This document shows positions 46,865-56,472 of a stretch of 64,000 nt of DNA, piece after piece. The DNA is from Defluviitaleaceae bacterium (lineage in GTDB: Bacteria; Bacillota; Clostridia; Lachnospirales; WQUN01). The position numbers and the translations under genes were made by a program. Each line of letters starts with the position of its first letter. Within the stretch, counting starts at the first letter, position 1. Below the pieces are notes generated by a model. The model ran no database searches. It saw only the letters and a list, made by a program, of their open reading frames with translations, and was not told where the DNA came from. The stretch lies in NCBI GenBank assembly GCA_009780185.1, contig WRAN01000010.1, positions 6,450 to 70,449 of the forward strand, in the 5' to 3' direction.

Positions 46865-47944
46865 CTAACTACGATTTTTAAACACCATTCTGCTTTCGCG
46901 GAGGTATCTGGCCATGGCTAGACGGTATTTAACAGTGGCGGCTGTGCGTTTTTTTGTGATTTCTAGTATTCCATATGCCGCTAACGCCAGACATGCGATT
47001 GCAATAAAAATGGCGATGCTTATTGCTATGGGGTTTGTTTGAGGGTTAGGCCTTGATTCTGCTAAGGGACTAGGGGGCACACTTGCTAAAGCCCCTTCCG
47101 ATGTATCCCAAACAGCGGTTAGCATAATGTCCTCTCTGACGAGGATGTTTCCTTCGAGAATTTCGCCGCTAGGAAGCCGCCATCCTACAAACGCTGCCCC
47201 GCTTCGGGTTGGAGGGTCTGGAATATATTGTATTCTAGTTGAATTTCGGACAAATCTTAGGCCTGTTTCACCTCTGCTAAAGGTTCCCGGAAAAGGATTG
47301 AAGGCAGCAACGGAGTGAAAGGCCGGAATATGCCTCGGGTAGACAGGGGTATGTACATGCTCTGTTTCACGAGCTGTGACCCATGTCGCTTCTATTACCA
47401 TATCACTTCTTATGATATATGGAGCGGTTATAATTTCTTCGTTCCATAGCCAACCCCCAAAGGTATAGTTTTCTCTGGTGGGGGTAGGTAGGTTTAGTAA
47501 TGGGCTTCCATATGTATGTGCCTGGATAAATTGTACCCCTTGGGGGAGCAGGCCTTCACCTGGGTCAAAGACTATCGCAAAGCTGTCTGTGGCATAGGGA
47601 TCTGGGATAGGAGCATAGGCGGCCAGAATGGTTGTATTGCGTATGGCGGCTATTGGGGGGTGGATTTGGATGCCGTTTGAAAACCATCCTATAAAAATAT
47701 ATCCCGCAGGTGGCCGTGGTTCTGGGAAGCTGCTTATTCTAAAACCGAATTGCCCTGTGTGCACTGCTTGGGTATTGTCATCTTCCAAAAAGCTGCCTGG
47801 ACTTGGGGCAAACCTTATGGTTACTTCTGGAGGACTCCCAGGCTCACTGGCAGATACATATATGGGTATTGATATTATTAGGGCAATAAAAATAACGATA
47901 ATAGAAAGAAGCCTTATGCCTGCCTGTTTGACTAGGTTTTCCAT
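46865..47944 (-). CDS. Membrane-anchored surface protein with Listeria-Bacteroides (Flg_new-type) repeats
   Basis: N-terminal signal/TM. Three Y/F-x-F-x-GW repeats (YIFIGWFSNG, YTFGGWLWNEE, AAFVGWRLPSGE). C-terminal TM IAISIAIFIAIACLALAAYGIL. Confidence 0.6.
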   Translation of the reverse strand: MENLVKQAGIRLLSIIVIFIALIISIPIYVSASEPGSPPEVTIRFAPSPGSFLEDDNTQAVHTGQFGFRISSFPEPRPPAGYIFIGWFSNGIQIHPPIAAIRNTTILAAYAPIPDPYATDSFAIVFDPGEGLLPQGVQFIQAHTYGSPLLNLPTPTRENYTFGGWLWNEEIITAPYIIRSDMVIEATWVTARETEHVHTPVYPRHIPAFHSVAAFNPFPGTFSRGETGLRFVRNSTRIQYIPDPPTRSGAAFVGWRLPSGEILEGNILVREDIMLTAVWDTSEGALASVPPSPLAESRPNPQTNPIAISIAIFIAIACLALAAYGILEITKKRTAATVKYRLAMARYLRESRMVFKNRS

Positions 47945-48004
47945 CTTTCATTCTCCTAAGTTGCATATGTAAGGGAGAGGAAAAGCCTCTCCGTAGTACT
48001 CTTA

Positions 48005-49024
48005 TTATTCTTGGGTATCCGATGTTGACTCTTCCACTTCTAATGTTTCCTCTTGTGGTGTCACAGGTTCGCCCCAGATATTTTCGTGAACGGTTTCTAC
48101 TGTTGGTTCGGCTTCGGTGGTAGTGGTGTCACTTTCGGTTCTTGCTTCTTGTTTAGCTGCAACGGGATAGTGTTTTGCTTGCAGGCCTGCATCTAGTGCG
48201 TCAATCTTTTGTGCCCCTAACCTTACGGTCATTACATGGCGGCCTTTGGATAGCGCACCGTCTTTGTCCCAGTGAGCTTTGTATATGCCTATAAAATCAG
48301 TGGCTTCATTTTTGTGGTAGCACACCGCTACTGCACTCATAGGGCCGTTGCGGGATTCTAGGGGTTTGTCTATTATTGCGTCGATATCGCCAGACGCTAT
48401 ACGGTCAAGCTCGTAATCATCGAATTGAGTAAAGCCGTAGTTCATTAGGCGTTCTTCTGCCCACGCGTTTATCTCGGCTATAAATAACCCAGCAGAAGAA
48501 TAAGCGGCAAGCATAGGAAGGGTTGCGATAATTGCGACTTCCCCTATCCATACAACCGACAGCATGGGGCCGGTCCATACATTGTCATTGATATGCCAGG
48601 TGCCGTGTTCGTTGAAATGACGTAAAAATCGTATAAATTCTGGGCTGTCGAAAATCATAGAACGGGTTTCCGAGAAAACAAGGCCCATGTCCCCGATGCC
48701 GTACATTTCTCCAATACCGTAAAACCATTCAAACATTAGTACAAACCACATACTCCACATAACATATAGGATTATAACAGTACCAATGAGGATTACTACA
48801 ATAGAGGCTCCATTGCTGGTGATTTTCATAATCCGTTTTATAATCCATGCAACAACTGCAAGTGCGCCACCGATTACAAATGCGGCAATGATGTTTACCC
48901 ATGTGTCATGGACGCTGGTTTGGAATACTACATAAAAAAAGCTTAGTAGTATGCCCAGTGGTGTGTACACAAAAAACAGGATAATCAGACCTAAAAGGTC
49001 ACTGCGCTTTTCTGCTTCGTTCAT
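48005..49024 (-). CDS. Hypothetical membrane protein (about 5 TM segments and an acidic C-terminal tail)
   Basis: Long ORF with hydrophobic segments. No family motif recognised. Confidence 0.65.
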   Translation of the reverse strand: MNEAEKRSDLLGLIILFFVYTPLGILLSFFYVVFQTSVHDTWVNIIAAFVIGGALAVVAWIIKRIMKITSNGASIVVILIGTVIILYVMWSMWFVLMFEWFYGIGEMYGIGDMGLVFSETRSMIFDSPEFIRFLRHFNEHGTWHINDNVWTGPMLSVVWIGEVAIIATLPMLAAYSSAGLFIAEINAWAEERLMNYGFTQFDDYELDRIASGDIDAIIDKPLESRNGPMSAVAVCYHKNEATDFIGIYKAHWDKDGALSKGRHVMTVRLGAQKIDALDAGLQAKHYPVAAKQEARTESDTTTTEAEPTVETVHENIWGEPVTPQEETLEVEESTSDTQE

Positions 49025-49179
49025 AAGTACAACTCCTTTTTCTACAACATTCGGCTGTGATTTTACATTATTGTCGTGAGGTTTTCAAGACGCTGACGTG
49101 TCGCAAACTTGAGTGTATAATGGATTTTAGGCATTGTAATGTAAATGTAATGTGGATAACCCACTAGAAAGGAAATAAA

Positions 49180-50121
49180 ATGCGCTATATCGAAAATCTA
49201 CAGGAGAACGAACATGTAATTGAGCACTACTTATGTAAGCAAAAGCAAAATCTAAAAACAAGGTCAGGAAAGACCTATCTCTCTCTTAGGCTTATGGACA
49301 AAACAGGTACCATAGACGCAAAAGTATGGGAAATGAATAAAGACATCCAAAGTTTTGAAGAGGGGGATATGATAAAAATAGATGGCAATATCGCCACTTT
49401 TCAAAACGAGCTACAACTGAAAGTGAATAAGCTGCGCCGCAGTCGCGAAGGAGAATATATAGCAGGAAACTATATCCCCATGACAGACAAAGATATAGAT
49501 GTACTATATGGCGAAATCCAGGGGATTATTAAATCCATATCCCATACCCAAGTAAGGCAACTACTTACCAATATCTTTGGGAATAAGGATCGAGAGGATG
49601 CCTTTAAATCTCGTTCAGCCGCTAAGAATATGCACCATGCATACATGGGAGGGCTACTAGAGCATACATTGGCTGTGGCTCAAATATGTGATTTTATGAG
49701 TAGCCGCTATAAGCATATTAACCGAGACATTCTAATGGCTAGTGCCCTATTGCATGATATAGGAAAGATATATGAATTATCGGAAATGCCTCATAATGAC
49801 TATACAGACGACGGGCAGCTCTTAGGTCATATAGTGATGGGCTGTGAGCTTATAACCCTTGAAGCATCAAAGATATCTGACTTCCCTCACGAGCTGGCAA
49901 GCCTGATTAAGCACTCTATTGTGTCTCATCATGGGGAATATGAGTACGGCTCGCCAAAGCTACCATGCACTGCCGAGGCTGTTTTGCTGCACTATGCAGA
50001 CAATATGGATGCGAAGCTAAAGGCTTATGAAGAGACTCTTGATGCAGACAAGACCCCAGGGCCATGGACAGGATACAACAGGGCACTCAATCGATATTTA
50101 AGACGTTCAGATTTTGTGTGA
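49180..50121 (+). CDS. yhaM: 3'-5' exoribonuclease YhaM (OB-fold + HD domain)
   Basis: N-terminal OB fold (YLSLRLMDKTGTIDAKVW) and HD domain (HHAYMGGLLEHT, LLHDIGK). A TATAAT lies at 49116-49121 upstream. Confidence 0.88.
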   Translation: MRYIENLQENEHVIEHYLCKQKQNLKTRSGKTYLSLRLMDKTGTIDAKVWEMNKDIQSFEEGDMIKIDGNIATFQNELQLKVNKLRRSREGEYIAGNYIPMTDKDIDVLYGEIQGIIKSISHTQVRQLLTNIFGNKDREDAFKSRSAAKNMHHAYMGGLLEHTLAVAQICDFMSSRYKHINRDILMASALLHDIGKIYELSEMPHNDYTDDGQLLGHIVMGCELITLEASKISDFPHELASLIKHSIVSHHGEYEYGSPKLPCTAEAVLLHYADNMDAKLKAYEETLDADKTPGPWTGYNRALNRYLRRSDFV

Positions 50122-50131
50122 AGTACAAATT

Positions 50132-50158
50132 GCGGTTTTGATGATAATGACGAAAGCG
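50132..50158 (+). repeat. Repeat R3, copy 1 (27-nt exact match)
   Basis: GCGGTTTTGATGATAATGACGAAAGCG is identical to 61631-61657. It lies 36 nt upstream of ATG 50194. Confidence 0.85.
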
Positions 50159-50193
50159 TTCCACGCCTTTAATAATAAGAGATGAGATGAAAA

Positions 50194-51546
50194 ATGATAA
50201 AGAAAAATGACAAATTGACAGTAGAAATAGAAAACGTAACAGCTAAGGGATTTGGTATAGCTCGGGTTAATGATTTTGTTCTTTTTACCGAAGGTGCCAT
50301 AACCGGAGATAAGCTCTTGGTGCGGGTGCTAAAAGTAAAGCCTCGTTATGGTTATGGGAAGATTGAAAAAATAATCCGCTCTTCCCCACATCGTATAGAA
50401 AGTCCTTGCCTGGTTTCCGAAAAATGCGGTGGGTGTCAGTGGCAAAATTGTGATTACAATGCCCAACTAGGCTTCAAAAAGGATATTGTAAAAGATGCCC
50501 TTGCCAGGATCGGAGGCGTAACCGATGCCCCGGTTGCGGATTGTATTGGCATGGATGTGCCGCAGCCATATCGCAATAAGGCTGTTTTTCCGGTGGTGCC
50601 AGATGGGGATGGTTTCGCTATTGGCATGTACGCCCCCAGAAGCCATAGGATTATCCCTTTAGAACAGTGTATGATTCAGCACCCGGCTCATGTACCGGTG
50701 CTTAAAGCTATAAGTGCCCATATGAAAAAGTACAAGATACGCCCTTATGATGAAACCCTTCATAAAGGTGTTGTGCGCTATATCGTAGTAAGAACAAGTC
50801 TCGCCACCGGGGAGGTAATGGTGGTGCTGGTGGTAAACGGTAATGGTATACCTCAGGAAGAAGAGCTAACTACTGCCTTGACTGAGGCCGGAGCCACCAC
50901 CATTATCATCAACCGCCATAGAGAAAAGAACAATGTGGTAATGGGAAGCGGATTTCGAGTTGTTTCTGGGGAAGGTTTTATCCGGGAGCGTATTGGGGGG
51001 ATATGGTATCAGCTATCGGCCCCTAGCTTTTTTCAGATTAACCCTGTGCAGACTGAGGTTCTTTATAAGATTGCAGTGGAGATGGCAGGACTTGATGGTA
51101 GCCAAGCGGTAATGGATGCCCATGTAGGGGTAGGGGGCGTGGCTTTGCAGGCCGCATCCCTGGCTAAAGAAGTTATTGGTGTTGATATTGTGGCGGATGC
51201 TATCAGTGATGCGGAAAAAAACGCCGAGATAAATGGTATTACAAATGCCAGATTTATCTGCGGGGCCTGTGAGGATGTTATTCCTAAGATGCTAGTTGAA
51301 GGTGAAGTTATACCAGATGTTGTGTTTTTGGATCCTCCTCGTAAGGGGTGTGAGAATGCTTTATTGGATGCTCTTATTACTGCCAATGTGAAGACTATTG
51401 TGTATATTTCCTGCGACCCGGCTACTTTGGCTAGGGATATAAAACGGCTTGGTGATGGTGGATATAAGCTTACGGCTGCACAGCCTGTGGATATGTTTCC
51501 TATGACTGGTAAGGTGGAGGTTTGTTGTAGGCTTGTCAGGGAATAA
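50194..51546 (+). CDS. rlmD: 23S rRNA (uracil-C5)-methyltransferase RlmD/RumA family (TRAM + Fe-S cysteines + SAM MTase)
   Basis: TRAM domain N-terminus. Contains CGGCQWQ, FLDPPRKGC and YISCDPATLARD. Confidence 0.9.
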   Translation: MIKKNDKLTVEIENVTAKGFGIARVNDFVLFTEGAITGDKLLVRVLKVKPRYGYGKIEKIIRSSPHRIESPCLVSEKCGGCQWQNCDYNAQLGFKKDIVKDALARIGGVTDAPVADCIGMDVPQPYRNKAVFPVVPDGDGFAIGMYAPRSHRIIPLEQCMIQHPAHVPVLKAISAHMKKYKIRPYDETLHKGVVRYIVVRTSLATGEVMVVLVVNGNGIPQEEELTTALTEAGATTIIINRHREKNNVVMGSGFRVVSGEGFIRERIGGIWYQLSAPSFFQINPVQTEVLYKIAVEMAGLDGSQAVMDAHVGVGGVALQAASLAKEVIGVDIVADAISDAEKNAEINGITNARFICGACEDVIPKMLVEGEVIPDVVFLDPPRKGCENALLDALITANVKTIVYISCDPATLARDIKRLGDGGYKLTAAQPVDMFPMTGKVEVCCRLVRE

Positions 51547-51619
51547 ATGCTTGTGTTTCGCTGAATTATCCATTACAATGGTTAGGCCATCGGGGACGAC
51601 ACCCATTAATAAAAACAGC

Positions 51620-52213
51620 ATGGCTTATGCTTCGCCAAACTATGATAAGGGGGAGACACCCATCACAAAAAACATACGTGTCGTTGACGCGGCGGGGAAT
51701 GAATATGAAGCTACCTACCCAAAACGGGCCAAAGGCCTTGTTAAAAATGGCCGGGCAATCTTCATAGATGAGTTTACCCTGTGTTTAGATTGTCCGCCAA
51801 GTGATTATTTGGAGGATAAATCAATGGATAATAGTATTAACAGCAACATCAATCAAACTGAGCAAAACGTAAACAGTGTTACCGCACCAGAAATGACCTT
51901 GGAATGGGTCGCAGCCAAAATAGATGCGATCATCAATGACAATGCTTATATTGCTGATGCAATCAGCTCTTTGAATCTTATGGATTCTGATGGGCATAAT
52001 TCAAAGGCTGAGGCGCTCCATCAGGTTGTAAATGCGCGTGAAGCCACAAATCGCGAAACACTTAAGTTTCTTGAAAAGATCTATGACGGATTAAATCCAG
52101 CTCCTGCGGCAAATCCCAGCCAGATAATGCAGCATATTGATCTAGCTGAACTTGCAGAGCATATGAACTCTACTGATCTTGTCGAGCTAATGAAAGCGAT
52201 TGTTCGTCCTTAG
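51620..52213 (+). CDS. Hypothetical protein (start uncertain)
   Basis: The ORF is open from 51533 and overlaps the rlmD end. ATG 51620 (MAYASPNYDK) was chosen as the first ATG past rlmD, but it has a weak RBS. No family motif recognised. Confidence 0.5.
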   Translation: MAYASPNYDKGETPITKNIRVVDAAGNEYEATYPKRAKGLVKNGRAIFIDEFTLCLDCPPSDYLEDKSMDNSINSNINQTEQNVNSVTAPEMTLEWVAAKIDAIINDNAYIADAISSLNLMDSDGHNSKAEALHQVVNAREATNRETLKFLEKIYDGLNPAPAANPSQIMQHIDLAELAEHMNSTDLVELMKAIVRP

Positions 52214-52254
52214 TAACTGCATGTAACGCTAGGATGTAAAAGACTAGGATATAG

Positions 52255-52292
52255 AAAACTCCTGACCATTAAAAATGGTCGGGAGTTTTTTT
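52255..52292 (+). terminator. Rho-independent terminator
   Basis: AACTCCTGACC-ATTAAAAAT-GGTCGGGAGTT followed by TTTTT. Confidence 0.8.
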
Positions 52293-52362
52293 ATTGCCTT
52301 GCGCAACTATAGTTTATTTTTGGGGTTATGATATGTATAAGCAAATTAATTCAGAATCACTT

Positions 52363-52464
52363 ATAGCAATTCCCCCTTTAAACAGTTCCGCCCGAGCCGA
52401 AAATAGCGGACGCATCAACGCTTTTTCGGCGACAGGCGGGGCTGATTTAAAGGTGAATTGCTAT
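52363..52464. repeat. Long imperfect palindrome (~100 nt) with an AT-rich outer stem and a GC-rich interior
   Basis: ATAGCAATTCCCCCTTTAAA pairs with TTTAAAGGTGAATTGCTAT. Inner pairings are CCGCC/GGCGG and GCCGAAAA/TTTTCGGC. Confidence 0.75.
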
Positions 52465-52482
52465 ATTTAAATTTCCCTGGGG

Positions 52483-53052
52483 GTGGTTTCCATCGAAGAT
52501 AGTAATATTCTTGAGTTATTTTGGACCAAGGATGAATCGGCTATTGAAATTTCTCGTAGAAGATATGGGAGGAGCTTGCATAAGGTGGCCTATAATATTT
52601 TAGCGGATAATCAGGATGCGGAGGAAGTTGTTAGTGATACATTGCATCGGGCTTGGGAGGCCATCCCTCCTAAGAAGCCGGAGTTTTTTGGGGCCTATCT
52701 TTTTAAGATTGCCCGGAACTTGTCACTAAAGCGCTGGCGGGCTGCTGGGGCGGCTAAGCGCGGCGGCTCTCAGGCTGACTTATTGCTTAGCGAACTTGGG
52801 GATGCGATACCTCTTAATGAGACTGTGGAGGATAGATTTGAATATTCGGAGACGGTTAAGGCTATCAATGATTGTCTTCGAGGGATGGGCGCCACTAACC
52901 GAGTGGTATTTGTCCGGCGGTACTTCTTTGGGGATAGTATCTCGGATTTGTGCAATCAATTTTATTTTAGTGAAAGTAAGATTAAGTCTATTTTGTACCG
53001 GGCGAGGCTAAATCTTCGTGGGCATCTTGAGAAAGAAGGGGTGATTATATGA
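52483..53052 (+). CDS. RNA polymerase sigma-70 family (ECF-type) sigma factor
   Basis: Region 2 (DAEEVVSDTLHRAWEAI, YLFKIARNLSLKRWR) and region 4 (VVFVRRYFFGDSISDLCNQF...SILYRARLNLR). GTG start with a weak RBS. Confidence 0.8.
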   Translation: MVSIEDSNILELFWTKDESAIEISRRRYGRSLHKVAYNILADNQDAEEVVSDTLHRAWEAIPPKKPEFFGAYLFKIARNLSLKRWRAAGAAKRGGSQADLLLSELGDAIPLNETVEDRFEYSETVKAINDCLRGMGATNRVVFVRRYFFGDSISDLCNQFYFSESKIKSILYRARLNLRGHLEKEGVII

Positions 53053-55223
53053 GTAATTCTGGATTAGAAAAAAGAGAAAAATTGCTTGCCTGTTTTGAGG
53101 GTATTGATGATGATATTGTAGCGGAAGCGGCTGAGGCTATTGGTGCTACGAAAAAATCCCGCCCTTATTGGTTATCATGGGGCAATGTTGCTGCTGTGCT
53201 TATTGGTGCAGTGGCGGTGAGCTGTGTTGTAATATTGGCATTCTTGCTTGGTAGCTCTGGGATAGGGGAAGTGCCGGCAGATAATGGAGATGGTTACTAT
53301 GAAGGCTCCCAGGTAGAGGAAACTCCAGCCCAGGAGACCCCAGTACCCATAGACTTGATAGAAAACGGTGATTTGCTGCCACTGCCTCGTGTCCATGAAT
53401 CACAGTTTCTTGCGATTCTTGAAGATGGACGCAGTCATATGACTGTAAATAATCCATGGCTTTATCATGAAAATGCTAGGCAGATAGATAATTTGCCCGT
53501 ATTCCGCCATCATACAGCAGTGATTAACGGGGAACTGACAGAAGATGATTCTGATGCAATCCGGAGAAATATTAATTATTTTAAGAATAGATTAATGGCT
53601 ATTGCCTCCGGCTTTCCTGTCTTGGACTTGGATGATGTTGACCCGCAAGAGTTTATGGATCTCTGGCCGGAGGGACTTACTGCATTTTTGCATTGGTCTG
53701 AGCCAAGCTTATTTGTACGTCTTACCCTCCCTGAAAGTATTATGGTGTTACCAATCGGGGCAGGCCTTGGTCACGGGGTAACAGATGAAGAGATCCAGGT
53801 AGCTATTGAGTATCTGGCCGAATTTTTTACTGTAGCCAACTCGATGGAAGTCCCTACTCTTGCCCAGGCAGAGCACTCACTTGATATGGGTGGCCCTAGG
53901 ATATACACGCGCCATAGATATTTTGATTCGGGGGGGAGTATCCTTGATGCTATCCTTGCTTTCAATTTTGAATGGGTAGAGGTTTTTACCTTTGAGCCGG
54001 AGCATACGCAGTGGGTGTGGATGTATATGTCTACATTCCCTCAAGGCAGATTCGAGTCGCTTCAATTGGGAAATTTCCCAATAATTACGTCAGAAGAAGC
54101 TCGCGAGATGCTTCTGCAAGGATATTTTATTTCCGAGCGCACAGATGCCGAATGGCCGGGCCGGGAGGCTGCTTTAGCATCTTCTGTGGAACTTGTATAC
54201 CGAAATGCTATGGACTCTGAAATAGTAATGCCATTTTATCGTTTTCTTATAGAAACTGACTTGCCTATATGGGCCGCGGATCAGCCTGGTGAATGGCGAG
54301 CCTATGCGCGGTATTATGTACCTGCCGTCCATCGGGATTATCTTGAACCTATCGCGCGGCGGGCAATGCCTGAACCGGATGCGCCGCCAACGGGTTCACG
54401 AGCTTTGCCTCCTCATATTTTTAGAGCAATCCAGGGGGAATGGTGGGCGCCGCTGCGTGTACCTCGTCATCAAGTGGAAGAGTTATGGCAGGAGGTTATG
54501 GATGATATTGGGGAGCTTGGGGTAGATGAAGCTTATCAATTTCGTACTGCATGCGGTAATTATGCTCTTATTACCGGTGCGCGTACCCTCATTGGCATAG
54601 AAGAGCTTAGGCGATACTACCCTCATTTGGATTTGCCTGAAAATGTGGGGGATTTTACGCTTCGTGAAGTCTTTGTAAATGACCGATCTGGCAATATGAT
54701 AATCTCGTATCGCCCTATGTCCCCTCTGGAGCAAATTTTTCATGGATTAGGGCTTTCGGAAGAAAATCCGCCTCCTGTGGGTGAGATTTTTACTCGTGAC
54801 TTATCTATAGAAGATACCAGTATTGCATCTGCTTTTTATGCTGTGTATGAAAATAGCGAAGGTGTGCAGGTGAGTTTAGGTGTGTCGGCTTTGTTTTTTG
54901 ATTTGTCGTCAGGGCTTCCTGATGGGTCTGGATTCTTGGATATGGGGGAATATGGGGAGATTCACTTCCCAGGGGATTCTGAGATTTATTATGCAGCTAT
55001 GTACCAACCCACAGACCCGTGGATGGGATTTGCTGTTGAACTTTGGTTTTTGGGCGGTTCTGTCAGCGATAGGATTAATTATTTAGATTTACGGTATAGC
55101 TATGATAGGATTAGTCACTTGTTTATCCCTGTACCTCGTGAGGATTTAGAGGAGCTGGTGCGGCTGTTTAATCCGGCGGCGCTTGCACTGGAGTATCAGT
55201 GGGATTTGATGCCTTGGCAGTAG
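53049..55223 (+). CDS. Putative anti-sigma factor: short cytoplasmic N-terminus, one TM, ~650-aa extracytoplasmic domain of unknown fold
   Basis: ATGA overlap with the sigma gene stop. TM is WGNVAAVLIGAVAVSCVVILAFLL. Confidence 0.6.
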   Translation: MSNSGLEKREKLLACFEGIDDDIVAEAAEAIGATKKSRPYWLSWGNVAAVLIGAVAVSCVVILAFLLGSSGIGEVPADNGDGYYEGSQVEETPAQETPVPIDLIENGDLLPLPRVHESQFLAILEDGRSHMTVNNPWLYHENARQIDNLPVFRHHTAVINGELTEDDSDAIRRNINYFKNRLMAIASGFPVLDLDDVDPQEFMDLWPEGLTAFLHWSEPSLFVRLTLPESIMVLPIGAGLGHGVTDEEIQVAIEYLAEFFTVANSMEVPTLAQAEHSLDMGGPRIYTRHRYFDSGGSILDAILAFNFEWVEVFTFEPEHTQWVWMYMSTFPQGRFESLQLGNFPIITSEEAREMLLQGYFISERTDAEWPGREAALASSVELVYRNAMDSEIVMPFYRFLIETDLPIWAADQPGEWRAYARYYVPAVHRDYLEPIARRAMPEPDAPPTGSRALPPHIFRAIQGEWWAPLRVPRHQVEELWQEVMDDIGELGVDEAYQFRTACGNYALITGARTLIGIEELRRYYPHLDLPENVGDFTLREVFVNDRSGNMIISYRPMSPLEQIFHGLGLSEENPPPVGEIFTRDLSIEDTSIASAFYAVYENSEGVQVSLGVSALFFDLSSGLPDGSGFLDMGEYGEIHFPGDSEIYYAAMYQPTDPWMGFAVELWFLGGSVSDRINYLDLRYSYDRISHLFIPVPREDLEELVRLFNPAALALEYQWDLMPWQ

Positions 55224-55234
55224 TATGTAAATAG

Positions 55235-55283
55235 AAAGCCGAACCTAGCCGACAAATGTTATCGGTGAGGCTCGGCTTTTTTT
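55235..55283 (+). terminator. Rho-independent terminator
   Basis: AAAGCCGAACCT ... AGGCTCGGCTTT followed by a T-run. Confidence 0.7.
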
Positions 55284-55284
55284 G

Positions 55285-55293
55285 TGATATAAT
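55285..55293 (+). promoter_or_regulatory. Extended -10 element ending 6 nt before the ATG of cassette B gene 1
   Basis: TGATATAAT lies 55285-55293 and the ATG at 55300. There is no Shine-Dalgarno sequence in between. Confidence 0.4.
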
Positions 55294-55299
55294 GGTTGT

Positions 55300-56472
55300 A
55301 TGAGATATATGGAAAAGTTATTTTGTCCCCATAGAGCAAAGCCATTTACAATAAGTAAGCGTAAAGTCAAACTTGACAGCAATATAAAGCGGTGGAGATT
55401 TGAGTTTGATACAGGCAACGGACAACTTACTGGAAGGCAATTGGCACAGCTATATAGTGCAGTTAGCACATTTTTGGATAAGTACAACTCAGGCATGTAT
55501 ATATTTGCTTTGAATATGAGAACTTTTGACTTTCAGGACAAAAATGTCTATATTTTTTTGGAACTGTTGGCATACTATATTTTAAAGCATGGGAAGTTTA
55601 CTTTTGAAGTCTTTTTTGATCAACCTGCGTTTTACATGTTGGAGTCTGTGGGATTTCAAAATACAGCGTTGTATAGGTTTATGATGAATCAGGGGATATT
55701 AAAATATATTGAAAATAAAACGGATTTCATAAGCTTTTACGAAAATCCTCAACATTTGACCGATAAATGGTACCGGAGAGTCTTGAACAGTGATGCCATT
55801 GCAGTGGGAAATATATCAGGTCAGATTGCAGAAGAAGTCGAATCCTTTCTAAAAAGGTATGATATTCCTCACTCTACGACGGTAAACACATATAGTGTAG
55901 TACTTGAGCTGATATCGAACGCAAAACATAATGATGGAGACTGTATATTAGATATTGACATCTGTAATAATGTTATTAATATGTCATTTATCAACCTTTT
56001 TGATGGTAGGATGTTTGATAAGCTGGGTTTCATGTATAGAGATGATAAGCTTTTTCAGAATGTTCAAGAAAAGATACACATGGCTATTGGGTACCATAGT
56101 TTACATTTTGGAGATATGTATACAGAGGATGATTTTTACTTTATATCTACCTTCCAGGAGGGAATCACAACTCGTCTCGAGCCAAGTGGAGGCACAGGAC
56201 TTACAACAGTTGTTAATGCAATTGCGGAAGAAGATGAGAATGCCTACTCCTATGTATTAAGTGGCAATAACCTATTGTTTTTGCGCAAAAGCTTCTTAGG
56301 CGATGGTGGAAGTATTGTAGGATTTAATAAAACAAACGATTATTTTAGAGATATACCCGAAAGGAGTATAATTGATAGGTGTCAGCTATACATACCCGGA
56401 GTGGTATTTCAACTAGTATTTAGTTTTGGGGTGAGTGATAATGGAAAAAGAAAAAATTATGCTGGAGTTTGA
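55300..56472 (+). CDS. GHKL-superfamily ATPase-like protein, cassette B gene 1 (390 aa)
   Basis: N-box-like VVLELISNAKHND. G2-like PSGGTGLTTV. No obvious His-kinase dimerisation/phosphoacceptor region. Very AT-rich. Confidence 0.6.
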   Translation: MRYMEKLFCPHRAKPFTISKRKVKLDSNIKRWRFEFDTGNGQLTGRQLAQLYSAVSTFLDKYNSGMYIFALNMRTFDFQDKNVYIFLELLAYYILKHGKFTFEVFFDQPAFYMLESVGFQNTALYRFMMNQGILKYIENKTDFISFYENPQHLTDKWYRRVLNSDAIAVGNISGQIAEEVESFLKRYDIPHSTTVNTYSVVLELISNAKHNDGDCILDIDICNNVINMSFINLFDGRMFDKLGFMYRDDKLFQNVQEKIHMAIGYHSLHFGDMYTEDDFYFISTFQEGITTRLEPSGGTGLTTVVNAIAEEDENAYSYVLSGNNLLFLRKSFLGDGGSIVGFNKTNDYFRDIPERSIIDRCQLYIPGVVFQLVFSFGVSDNGKRKNYAGV

